Source: Candidatus Micrarchaeota archaeon
GTDB lineage: Archaea > Micrarchaeota > Micrarchaeia > Micrarchaeales > CABMGC01
Assembly: GCA_028867135.1 (NCBI GenBank)
Contig: JAGWGW010000001.1
Location: 53,598-117,597 of the forward strand
Reading direction: 5' to 3'
Length of the DNA: 64,000 nt
The notes under the pieces are model-generated. The model searched no databases and was not told where the DNA came from. It worked only from the letters and a program-made list of their open reading frames with translations. Both the position numbers and the translations under genes were made by a program. Positions 54,285-63,032 of this stretch are shown piece after piece. Position 1 is the stretch's first letter. Every line of letters starts with the position of its first letter.

Positions 54285-55151
54285 TCAGGTAGTAGGCGCA
54301 GTATATCCTGACTGCCAGTTCGCATTCCATATTACATTTGTAGGAGTTCCTTGGTAGTTGTTGCCTGAATAATCGTTTCCATTTCCGTTGAGCGGCCACC
54401 ATCCTACAAGATGCTGGACATCTATCGGGGCACCACCGATGCCTGCTTGATATAATCTCTTTACTGTAACATTATCCAGAGAGATATTGTAAATCTGAAT
54501 ATTTGCTATAGAACCATTGAAATATTGGTTGTATCCTGGAGTGTCGTAACCAACACTAGTTATATCACCAGTTATCGGCATAGTCCCGCTTTGCGCTGCT
54601 GTGTTGTCTACTTTCCCATTTAGATAAACCAACTCGGTAGAGCCATTATAAGTTATTGCAACTTGAGACCAAACAGAAATCTTTATCGCTGTATTACCAC
54701 ATGTCCAGTGCCATGTGCTTGTTAATATCCCTCCACCGACGCAATCCGACGCACCTATCGAAGGATTACCAAATCCCAAATAATAAGGGCCATTTTTTGC
54801 TACGATAGTACCTACCGACGAAGTAGATGGCCTTACCCACGCAACTATTGTTATATAATTTATGGGATTCAGTAATGCTGAAGAGGCACTTAGACTTATC
54901 ACACTATTCTGACCATTGAAGCGTGCCACATATTTAGGAATTAGATTTCCACACTGTCCAGCAAGACTTGTCTGTGCCGCAGTTCTCAAAACTTGGCACG
55001 AGCCAGGAATCGCGGTTGGCGCCAAGTTGCTTAGGTTGAATATCCCCAATGAATAAAGGGAGACCATGACGATGGCGATTGCGAGTATCGCCCATCCATA
55101 AGTCATCAGATACTCCATCGCAGACTGCGACTTGCCTATGCCTAGATTCAT
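54285..55151 (-). CDS. type IV pilin-like LamG domain protein, paralog 4
   Basis: MNLGIGKS|QSAMEYLMTYGWAILAIAIVMVSLYSLGIF, CQVLRTAAQTSLAGQC, a LamG-like core, and the tail WWPLNGNGNDYSGNNYQG. Confidence 0.8.
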   Translation of the reverse strand: MNLGIGKSQSAMEYLMTYGWAILAIAIVMVSLYSLGIFNLSNLAPTAIPGSCQVLRTAAQTSLAGQCGNLIPKYVARFNGQNSVISLSASSALLNPINYITIVAWVRPSTSSVGTIVAKNGPYYLGFGNPSIGASDCVGGGILTSTWHWTCGNTAIKISVWSQVAITYNGSTELVYLNGKVDNTAAQSGTMPITGDITSVGYDTPGYNQYFNGSIANIQIYNISLDNVTVKRLYQAGIGGAPIDVQHLVGWWPLNGNGNDYSGNNYQGTPTNVIWNANWQSGYTAPTT

Positions 55152-55175
55152 GAATTTAGATTTGCCTTAAGTTTC

Positions 55176-56558
55176 TTAATGGCTTCCCTTGTATTCTTTG
55201 TATTTCAGGAGTTCAGAAAGAGATTTCACTGCAGCTGCTGGAGAATCGTAGACTGGGAATCCTGAGCTCTCCATCATGAGCTTGTGCACCTGCGTATACT
55301 CTGAGCCCATGGCTATGCCTATCATAGGCTTGTCCGACCTTTCCTTGTAGTGTATGAGCTTCGCGGCTACGCTTGAATCTGCGCCCGGAGTCTGGAACAA
55401 CGTCACCACGATGATCATGTCTATGTCTGGGTCCTGCATAACTGCGGATATCGCGTCCTCGTACCTCTTGCCGTCTGCGTCTCCGGCAAGGTCCAGAGGG
55501 TTCCTAACGTTCACAAGCATCGGCATCGTCTTCTTGAGCGCGTCTACGGTTTGCTGCGAGAATTCTGCCATCTTCAGATTTCCTGATGCGGCTACCTCGT
55601 CTGTCGCTATGACTCCTATGCCTCCTCCGTTTGTTATGACTGCGACCCTATTGCCTTTCGGCTCTGGCTCTGACTCGAATGCCTTCGCATAATACAGCAG
55701 ATCGTTGAGGTCGTCTGCGATGGTGAAGCCGAACTGGGTGAATAGGGCCATGTTTGTTTCGTAGCTTCCTGCAAGCGAAGCCGTGTGCGAATGGGCCGCC
55801 TGCATGCCCGCGCTCGTCCTGCCCGCCTTAAGCACTATTATGGGTTTAGCTTTCGTTGCGCTTCTGGCAATTTCCAGGAACTCCTTTCCGCGCTTTATGC
55901 CCTCGAGATACATTACTATGACTTTGGTCTCCTTGTCATCTATGAGATAGTTGAGTATGTCTACTTCGTCTATGTGCGCCGCGTTGCCGTACGATATGAA
56001 CTTCGAGAGGCCGAAGCCCTCAGATGATATCATGTCGAGTATGGCGCTTCCTACAGCGCCGCTCTGCGAGACGAAGCTGACTCCCCCTATCTGCGGCCTG
56101 GAGAGCTTGTATGTTGGAAGGAACAGTGTATCGACCCTTGATCTTGGGTCCATTATGCCGAGGCAGTTTGGACCCATTGTCGGTATCTTGTACTTGCCCG
56201 CGATCTTTACAAGCTCGTCCTGCAGTGCCTTGTTCCCGACCTCTGCGAACCCTCCGCTTATCACGACTGCTGTCTTCGCCTTTGCCTTGCCGCATTCCTC
56301 CAATGCTTCTGGCACGTAGGGTGCAGGTATCGCTATGACTGCAAGATCCACCTTCTCTTTTATGTCCATTATGCTTGCATAGGACTTGAAACCCATGACA
56401 TTGTCTGCGTTCTTGTTGACTACGAAGATCCTGCCCGGGTATCCTGAATTTATGTAGTTCTGCAGTATCACGTGCCCGACTTTGTCAGGGTCCCTTGACG
56501 CGCCTATTATCGCCACCGACTTGGGCTTCATCATCGGTTCAAGATCCATCTTTGCCAT
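55176..56558 (-). CDS. ADP-forming acetyl-CoA synthetase, alpha subunit (CoA-binding + ligase-CoA domains)
   Basis: PKSVAIIGASRDPDKVGH, GPNCLG, and SQSGA...HSHTASLAG with the phosphohistidine loop. I prefer the ATG at 56558, after the beta-subunit stop. Confidence 0.85.
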   Translation of the reverse strand: MAKMDLEPMMKPKSVAIIGASRDPDKVGHVILQNYINSGYPGRIFVVNKNADNVMGFKSYASIMDIKEKVDLAVIAIPAPYVPEALEECGKAKAKTAVVISGGFAEVGNKALQDELVKIAGKYKIPTMGPNCLGIMDPRSRVDTLFLPTYKLSRPQIGGVSFVSQSGAVGSAILDMISSEGFGLSKFISYGNAAHIDEVDILNYLIDDKETKVIVMYLEGIKRGKEFLEIARSATKAKPIIVLKAGRTSAGMQAAHSHTASLAGSYETNMALFTQFGFTIADDLNDLLYYAKAFESEPEPKGNRVAVITNGGGIGVIATDEVAASGNLKMAEFSQQTVDALKKTMPMLVNVRNPLDLAGDADGKRYEDAISAVMQDPDIDMIIVVTLFQTPGADSSVAAKLIHYKERSDKPMIGIAMGSEYTQVHKLMMESSGFPVYDSPAAAVKSLSELLKYKEYKGSH

Positions 56559-56565
56559 TGTTTCA

Positions 56566-57183
56566 CTATTTGAGTATCCTAATGTCAACGACATCGTAGC
56601 CGTTCTCCCTCAATATCACTGGATTGAGATCCAGCTCATTTATCGTTGCGTTTGAGGAGAGCAGCTTCGAAACCTTAAGCAATAGGTCTGTAAGCATCTT
56701 CTCGTTCTTGCCGTTGTACGTTATTACAGAGTTTGATTTGAGCTGCTTGATCATGTCCTTAGCGTCTATCTCCTTTATCGGGCAAATCCTGAGCGCAAAG
56801 TCCTTGAAGACCTCCACGTATATGCCTCCGAGGCCTAGTAGTATCACCTTGCCGAACTGCTCGTCGGTCCTTCCTCCTATTATTACCTCTATTCCTCTGC
56901 CCGCCATCTTCTGCACGATTATCTTGTATGGTGAGAGCCCTTTTGCTTTCTTCAGGAGCGCGGCGTATGCTTTTTTCACCTCGTCCTTGCCCCGCAGGTC
57001 GAGCAGCACCAGGCCCGACTTGCTCTTGTGAAGCGCTTTGTTCGAAAGCACCTTCATTACTATAGGATCAGAGCCTGCGAACTTGACAGCTTGTTCTGCT
57101 GAATTAACGTACCTGCTTTCTATGCTCCTTATACCGTACTTATCGAGCATCCCCTTGGCATCAATATAATCCATTAGCTGCAT
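56566..57183 (-). CDS. ADP-forming acetyl-CoA synthetase, beta subunit (ATP-grasp)
   Basis: EAKGMLDKYGI...PIVMKV.S...HKS..G.V.L pattern, directly upstream of the alpha subunit. Confidence 0.8.
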   Translation of the reverse strand: MQLMDYIDAKGMLDKYGIRSIESRYVNSAEQAVKFAGSDPIVMKVLSNKALHKSKSGLVLLDLRGKDEVKKAYAALLKKAKGLSPYKIIVQKMAGRGIEVIIGGRTDEQFGKVILLGLGGIYVEVFKDFALRICPIKEIDAKDMIKQLKSNSVITYNGKNEKMLTDLLLKVSKLLSSNATINELDLNPVILRENGYDVVDIRILK

Positions 57184-57184
57184 T

Positions 57185-57868
57185 CTATAGACCCCTGTAT
57201 TTTACCAGGTACACTACAGCTAGAATTATCAGCAGCACAATCAAGATTATTATCGGGAGCCTGCTTCTCTTTTTCTTCTGGAGAGGAGGCATCTGGAACT
57301 GCTCCGGCTGCGCTGCTGCCTGCTGTGGCTGTGCGGTCGCTTGGGGCTGCGCCGGCTCTTGTTGCTGCTCCTCCTGCTGGTGCGGCTGTTGGTCTGGTTT
57401 CTGGGCGGGCTGCTGCTGGGGCTTGCTTGCCTTGAGGAAACCCTTCTCGGTCAGGAGAAGGTCCACAGTGCCGCTCTTTAGCTCGTAGATGAGCAGCGTC
57501 TGCTTGAAAAGCTTGTACAGGCGCATCGCCAAATCCTTTGGCCTGAGGTTCAGCGTGTTTTGCATCTCTATGGGAGCCTTCTTGCCTGTCGATAGCTGCG
57601 CCAGTATCGCCTCGTCCAGTATGTCCAGCGGCTCTGCGGTTCTCGATTCGGCTTCTGCTATCAGCGCCTTTCCGGCTTCTGTGACTATTATCGTGTTGGG
57701 CCCGGGATAGTATGACGTGAATTCGACCAGGCCCTTCTGCTTGAGAGTTCCTGCGAGGTTAGATGCGTCGAATATGCTCGCGTTTATGGCGCTGCCGAAT
57801 TTTTCCAGCGCCATGTCTGGTTTTATCTGGAGCAGGCATGCCAAATCGGTGAAGTTGACCTCGTCCAT
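57185..57868 (-). CDS. hypothetical tail-anchored protein with Gln/Pro-rich linker
   Basis: Globular N-terminal part, then KPQQQPAQKPDQQPHQQEEQQQEPAQPQATAQPQQAAAQPEQ, a basic patch KKKRSR, and a C-terminal TM LPIIILIVLLIILAVVYLV. The stop lies 1 nt before the acd beta start. Confidence 0.55.
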   Translation of the reverse strand: MDEVNFTDLACLLQIKPDMALEKFGSAINASIFDASNLAGTLKQKGLVEFTSYYPGPNTIIVTEAGKALIAEAESRTAEPLDILDEAILAQLSTGKKAPIEMQNTLNLRPKDLAMRLYKLFKQTLLIYELKSGTVDLLLTEKGFLKASKPQQQPAQKPDQQPHQQEEQQQEPAQPQATAQPQQAAAQPEQFQMPPLQKKKRSRLPIIILIVLLIILAVVYLVKYRGL

Positions 57869-57961
57869 GCAACCAGATATAATTACAGAGGAATTAATAA
57901 AAAGGCTATCAGACAAGTTATATCTGTTCTTGTTTGCTGTGGTTTTCTGGAGATTGCGTTT

Positions 57962-59197
57962 TTGGGGGGAGCCGGTGAGGTTGGAAGGTCTGCGTTCCTG
58001 CTGAAGGATTCTGTTAATCTCCTTTTCGACTGCGGGGTCAAGCTAGACGGCAAGACGGAGTATCCGATGGACCCCGGAAAGGTAGACCTCTGCATTCTGA
58101 GCCACGCGCACCTAGACCACAGCGGCGCAATGCCTTCGCTCTACCATTACAGCCTGCCCGTAGCCTTTGGCACAGAGCCAAGCAAGAGGCTGGCTGAGCT
58201 CCTGATAAACGATTCCATAAAGCTGGCTCACAGGAAGCACGAGAAGCCCAAGTTCTTCAGGAACCAGTTCAACACGTTCCTCAACAAGTACATATCATAT
58301 CTCTATTACGAGCGCTTCGGGTTCGGCGAATACGACATAGAACTGCATGACGCGGGCCACATATGCGGAAGCGCGATAACAAGTGTGGAGAGGAACAGGG
58401 ACGGAAAGCGCATAGTCTATACTGGGGATTTCAAGCTTGAGGAGCAGGCGCTTCACAAGAGCGCGGATATAGTCAGGAGCGATGCGCTCATAATAGAATC
58501 GACGTATGCGGGAAAGGACCATCCTGAAAGGAAGGAAACTGTGCGGAAGCTGGTTGAGGAGATAAAGGAGGTTATAGACAACAATGGCACCGCACTGATG
58601 CCGGTGTTTGCTGTTGGAAGGTCCCAGGAGGTGATGGCGATATTGGGGGAGAATGGGCTGGCTGACATAGCCTATCTTGACGGGATGGCAAGAGAAGCGA
58701 CGAGCATAGTGCTTCAGCACAAGAGCTATTTGAAAAACCCAGAAGCGCTCGTAAGCGCGGTGGGGATGGCGAGAAGCGTGAGTTTCGCTTTCGAGAAAAG
58801 GCAGGCGCTTGGGGGAGGCAGCATTATAGTTACGACATCGGGCATGCTTAATGGAGGCCCTGTCCTGAACTATCTGACCAGGCTCAACAGGAACTCGAAG
58901 ATATTCTTGACAGGGTACCAGGTCGAGGGCACGAACGGCAGGAGGCTGATTGACGGCCTGCCCCTGATCATAGACAACAAGAAGGTAAAGGTTACGACGC
59001 CAATGTCGTTCCACGACCTTTCTGCGCACGCTGGAAAGTCCGATCTGCTAAGGTACGTCAAGGAGAGCAACCCTGAGCATGTTTTCTGCGTGCACGGTGA
59101 AAGGACGGTGTCTGAGGAGTTCTCGGCAACGCTAAAGAACGAGGGATTTGATTCCTATGCGCCTAAGAATGGGGACGTCGTAAAATTAGGCTTCTGA
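57962..59197 (+). CDS. beta-CASP metallo-beta-lactamase ribonuclease (aCPSF2-like)
   Basis: HAHLDHSG, DAGH and beta-CASP motifs, with a C-terminal H (VHGE). The true start is probably upstream of the TTG at 57962 (see findings). Confidence 0.85.
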   Translation: MGGAGEVGRSAFLLKDSVNLLFDCGVKLDGKTEYPMDPGKVDLCILSHAHLDHSGAMPSLYHYSLPVAFGTEPSKRLAELLINDSIKLAHRKHEKPKFFRNQFNTFLNKYISYLYYERFGFGEYDIELHDAGHICGSAITSVERNRDGKRIVYTGDFKLEEQALHKSADIVRSDALIIESTYAGKDHPERKETVRKLVEEIKEVIDNNGTALMPVFAVGRSQEVMAILGENGLADIAYLDGMAREATSIVLQHKSYLKNPEALVSAVGMARSVSFAFEKRQALGGGSIIVTTSGMLNGGPVLNYLTRLNRNSKIFLTGYQVEGTNGRRLIDGLPLIIDNKKVKVTTPMSFHDLSAHAGKSDLLRYVKESNPEHVFCVHGERTVSEEFSATLKNEGFDSYAPKNGDVVKLGF

Positions 59198-59506
59198 GTC
59201 TTCGCTCTCTTCTGACTTTCCAAGGACCTCAATCTTTCCGTACTTCCCTGTCGAGAGCTGGGGGTTTCCCTTGAACTCGCCTACATAGCCGTTCGTTATC
59301 TTTACCTTGTCTCCAACGCTGACGGCATCGATGTCCTTCTCCCAAAGGGATATTGTTATGGTCCCTGTGGAATCCTTGAGGACTGCAGATGATACGTTGA
59401 GCCTCTTCCCGAACTTTGTTATGACCTCTCTTGGCTCCTGTTTCTCTATTACCGTTGCTTCCAAATCGACATTGCTTGCGCCTGCCTTAAGCTCACTTAT
59501 CTTCAT
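59186..59506 (-). CDS. ssb: single-OB-fold ssDNA-binding protein with acidic C-tail
   Basis: ISELKAG.SNVDLEATV...ISLWEKD...GDKVKITNGYV.EFKG..QLS.GK resembles crenarchaeal-type SSB. The tail is SEESEDSEA. Confidence 0.78.
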   Translation of the reverse strand: MKISELKAGASNVDLEATVIEKQEPREVITKFGKRLNVSSAVLKDSTGTITISLWEKDIDAVSVGDKVKITNGYVGEFKGNPQLSTGKYGKIEVLGKSEESEDSEA

Positions 59507-59554
59507 TTTATACACCGTAAGTAGTAGTTGCATATAATGATATGTAAAGCTATA

Positions 59555-59923
59555 TTAAGCTTTGTCCACGAAAGGCGCCGTTTTTGGGCCATCATGGGAT
59601 CCTGTTTGCGCTGGAATTGCGGCCTTCAGCTTTTTGATCGTGCCTGAGACCCCGGTCGTGTATATCGCGCATCTCCTGCCGTTAATGCTGCGTATCAGGG
59701 CAAGCGCGAGCACGATCCTCGCCTCGTGCCCCCTCCTTACCTTCAGTATGAAGCGGTTGCTGCCTGCGCTGTACGCTATCCTGGGCTTTGCCTCCAGGTA
59801 GGATATGTCGCCTATGGCCTTTGAGATCTCGTTCAGGAGCTCGTTTGACGGAGAGGGATTGGCCGTGTCTATTGGTATGGAGCTCTCGGCCATGACGTAC
59901 CTGTACTTATTCCTTCTTAGCAT
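59555..59923 (-). CDS. RNase P protein component Pop5 (Rnp2)
   Basis: LRRNKYRYV... and ...GVSGTIKKLK parallel archaeal Pop5. It lies downstream of the Rpp30-like gene. Confidence 0.75.
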   Translation of the reverse strand: MLRRNKYRYVMAESSIPIDTANPSPSNELLNEISKAIGDISYLEAKPRIAYSAGSNRFILKVRRGHEARIVLALALIRSINGRRCAIYTTGVSGTIKKLKAAIPAQTGSHDGPKTAPFVDKA

Positions 59924-60416
59924 GCATGCCACCGAGCATTGAGAGCGTGCGCCTCTCGACGCGCTCATCTATCCCTATAAGCTTTGAAAGCTCAACCAGC
60001 TGCGCTAACGAGAACAGGTAGTTGGGATCCTTTGCAAGGCTTGCAAGGCCTATGTTGAGGCCCCGCGTTTTGGTCCTGGCGAACGATCTCCTGGCTGCGC
60101 CGATGTTCGCCATCGTCTCGCGCCTGTCTGTTGTGACCACCTCGTTTGCGCTTATGAGAAGCGGCTTGGTCATGCCCGCAAGCTTTCCCATTACGTTGCC
60201 GTTTACCATATCGATGCCGATCACTATGCATTTCACTCCATGACTGTTCATTGACTTGAACAGCGACGGGGGGTTGGATGCCATAAGCACCGTTTCGTTG
60301 GGCTTGTTTGGGTTGTGCGATACTGCGCTCTGGTCTATGCGTATCAGGCCTGCGAACCCGAGCCTTTTAGCCAAACCCTCATCAGCATCGAAGAATACGA
60401 TATCGAAGAGCTTCAT
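59907..60416 (-). CDS. RNase P protein component Rpp30-like (Rnp3), short form
   Basis: Position (pfdB-X-pop5) and loose sequence parallels to archaeal Rpp30 (ASNPPSLFKS; ...GLASLAKDP...). At 169 aa it is shorter than typical. Confidence 0.5.
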   Translation of the reverse strand: MKLFDIVFFDADEGLAKRLGFAGLIRIDQSAVSHNPNKPNETVLMASNPPSLFKSMNSHGVKCIVIGIDMVNGNVMGKLAGMTKPLLISANEVVTTDRRETMANIGAARRSFARTKTRGLNIGLASLAKDPNYLFSLAQLVELSKLIGIDERVERRTLSMLGGMHAKKE

Positions 60417-60441
60417 CGTGCCATCTTTTGAATCGCGAAGT

Positions 60442-60831
60442 TCATTCTATGTCCGGGGTGCCTTGGCTGTCTTGGCCGCTCTGGCTCTGCTTGTAAAGCT
60501 GCGTGAGCTTTTCGCCTATGCCCTTCTCCCTTGCCCTGAGATCGTTCTGCTGCTTCGTTAGGGACTGTATCCTGGTGTCGCTCAGTTCCTGCTTGTCCTT
60601 GATGTCGCTCTGGGCCTTCTCCTTTGTCGTCTCGACTATGACGCCGCCCACGCTTATGTACACCTTGCCGCTTGCCTTGTCCACCTCCTCCTTTGCCCTT
60701 TCCAGGTCAATCTTCTGCGCCTTGAGCTGCTCGAGCTGCATCGACACCACGCGCAGCTGCTCCTGCAGCATCTGATAGTCTCTCGCAAGCTTCTCCATGT
60801 CCTGCTCTGCAGGCTGTTTTTGGGGCTCCAT
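60442..60831 (-). CDS. pfdB: prefoldin beta subunit
   Basis: Coiled-coil / beta-hairpin / coiled-coil layout (LQEQLRVV..QLEQL...VYISVGGVIVETTKE...). Confidence 0.85.
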   Translation of the reverse strand: MEPQKQPAEQDMEKLARDYQMLQEQLRVVSMQLEQLKAQKIDLERAKEEVDKASGKVYISVGGVIVETTKEKAQSDIKDKQELSDTRIQSLTKQQNDLRAREKGIGEKLTQLYKQSQSGQDSQGTPDIE

Positions 60832-60887
60832 AAAAATCAGCTTATAAGCATGTCTACTATTAGAATCCCTATACTTTTATATTTATC

Positions 60888-61397
60888 ATGCTAGTAGTTA
60901 TATCTTCATCCGGAGATTTCTTGGAGCTTAACGAAGCAGCTCTGATCGAGAGCGAATTCACAATAAGGAGCCTTAGGCTGAGCAAAGAGGTAATGGAAAC
61001 CAGGAGGAGCATAATACGGTGGCTGGCCCTGTCCCTCGGCGTAATAAACCCAGGCGAGTCTAGGCTTAGCTCCCTGTCCGTCCTTGACGCCCTTGTCTAC
61101 TTCCAGTTCACCAAGAACGTTGACCCGGAGGTCGCACAGCTGGTGGATTACATTAAAAAGAACTGGGAGGAGATAAACGAGAAGACTCTCAGGTACCATC
61201 TGCTCAGGATGAAGAAGATGGGCATAGTGGAGAACTCCAAGGGCAGGTTCTACTTCAAGCCGCCGGCTGTTGGCGAGAGGTTTGACGCGAGCAACTGGAT
61301 AAACAGCTTCTTCGAATCGAAGTACAAGGATGTTGGCAGCAAGGTGGTCGAGGTGCTCAAGGAGCTCAAGGCGAAGAATTACGGGGTTGTTGAATGA
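60888..61397 (+). CDS. hypothetical winged-helix protein
   Basis: TLRYHLLRMKKMGIVENSKGRFYF looks like a wHTH recognition helix plus wing. The stop overlaps the start of the next gene (ATGA). Confidence 0.5.
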   Translation: MLVVISSSGDFLELNEAALIESEFTIRSLRLSKEVMETRRSIIRWLALSLGVINPGESRLSSLSVLDALVYFQFTKNVDPEVAQLVDYIKKNWEEINEKTLRYHLLRMKKMGIVENSKGRFYFKPPAVGERFDASNWINSFFESKYKDVGSKVVEVLKELKAKNYGVVE

Positions 61398-63022
61398 ATA
61401 AGGAAAAATACCTATGGATAGCGCTGTTCGTGGTCATTGCGGCAGGGGCCCTTTACTACAGGCTGTTCTATCAGCCTACGCTCCTTATCAAGGTCGGCGC
61501 GCCGCAGAACTATACAGCGCAGCAGGTCTACCCGTATCAGAAACTCCAGCTTCCTGTGATCGTCACCAACCAGGGCTCGTCGGCGATAAGGAACATAACT
61601 GTGGGGTTCGTGCTGAATGGCAATACGACAACGATATACAGCGTCACCCTGCCTCCCGGTAAGCAGCTTACCCTCTATTTCAACTACTCGCCCACAAGCA
61701 GCGGCACATACAGCTTCACTGCTATAGTGGACCCAGACAAGCTGTACAACATCGGCAACAGGGCCTCGACGGTCTATTCAACAAGCTTCATAGTTGTGCC
61801 TGCGGAAAACGCGACTCCTTACACGGAGCTGCCAAGATTCGGGAACCTTTACGATTCCTATGACATGAACTCGCAGGGAGCCCTTCTCTCCTCTTTGCTG
61901 TCCAGCAACTACAGCGTATCGAAGGTCTCTTTCTCGAGGTCTTTTACGCTCAACTCGTTCCTAACCCCGATGGTTTACGTGGCGGGCAGATACATACAGG
62001 AAATACGCGGCGCGTACGGGAGCTACAGCGACGGCGCTGTATATTCTATATGGGTAAGGGGATATGTCGCACCAGGCATAGTAAAGACGCTTGCCGACGG
62101 GAAGTCGCTGCTGGCAAGCAACTATACGATAAACGGCATGAACGTGACCTTTGTGCCGCTAGGGAACAGCACAAGGCTCTGCAGTTGGTACCAGCGTGGA
62201 TGGCTCAAGCTGCTTGCCACGTACGGCTCCATGAACTGCACTTCGCTATTGCAGGACAACGCACCGGATAACCTGAATGCCAGCATAAGCACTTCACTCA
62301 TAGACAAACTGCCGACGCACTACGGACCTGTCATCGCAAACTATACAAGGGTGAGCGGCGACTTCGGCAGCGCAGGAAGGCTGTTCCTGCTAAACGGCAG
62401 CGCAATGCTCGAATTCATAGAGACAAACAATACGATGCAGAACGACATCTGCCTTGGGATAATAAACGAGCTGAACGGGACCAACTACTGCAGCGTTTAC
62501 CTGTGGGCGTCAGGGGTGCCTTTCGGCTCCACCCCCGCATATTCGCTTATAACCACCAAGGCCTACAAGGGCGTATTCAACACGAGCGCGTTCTCGCTGA
62601 TAAACTCGTCAAAGATACTCAGCCAGATAGGCCTGAATGCGGCCCTTATCGAGAGTTACGGGGTAAAGGGCAACTCTACCCGGTTCCTGTCGGGATTGAG
62701 GAACGCATGCGTTTTCGTTAACGTGACGATCGGCTGCTTCAACGTCACCTTCGAAAACAGCACAGTAGGCTTCGATGTCATGAACAACTACTCAGCTCCG
62801 GTAAGCATAAACAGCGCGAACTGCTCGTGGCATGGCCCCGGATTGATAAAGAAGCTCGGTTATACGCTCAAGCCCGGAGCGACTGCCCACATAAGCTCCA
62901 GCTGTTATGACAACTTCGCGCCGATACAAGGAATACCGCTAAACCTGTATCTGCATACGTACGTCAACATGACAATAGAGAACAAGACGCAGATAGTCAA
63001 CGGAACTGCTTATATCATCTGA
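61394..63022 (+). CDS. membrane-anchored, sequon-rich extracellular protein with CARDB-like N-terminal domain
   Basis: N-terminal TM (YLWIALFVVIAAGALYY). A CARDB-like segment (LPVIVTNQGSSAIRNITVGF...GTYSFTAIVDPD). There are more than 15 N-x-S/T sequons. Confidence 0.6.
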   Translation: MNKEKYLWIALFVVIAAGALYYRLFYQPTLLIKVGAPQNYTAQQVYPYQKLQLPVIVTNQGSSAIRNITVGFVLNGNTTTIYSVTLPPGKQLTLYFNYSPTSSGTYSFTAIVDPDKLYNIGNRASTVYSTSFIVVPAENATPYTELPRFGNLYDSYDMNSQGALLSSLLSSNYSVSKVSFSRSFTLNSFLTPMVYVAGRYIQEIRGAYGSYSDGAVYSIWVRGYVAPGIVKTLADGKSLLASNYTINGMNVTFVPLGNSTRLCSWYQRGWLKLLATYGSMNCTSLLQDNAPDNLNASISTSLIDKLPTHYGPVIANYTRVSGDFGSAGRLFLLNGSAMLEFIETNNTMQNDICLGIINELNGTNYCSVYLWASGVPFGSTPAYSLITTKAYKGVFNTSAFSLINSSKILSQIGLNAALIESYGVKGNSTRFLSGLRNACVFVNVTIGCFNVTFENSTVGFDVMNNYSAPVSINSANCSWHGPGLIKKLGYTLKPGATAHISSSCYDNFAPIQGIPLNLYLHTYVNMTIENKTQIVNGTAYII

Positions 63023-63032
63023 GTTGTAGGAG

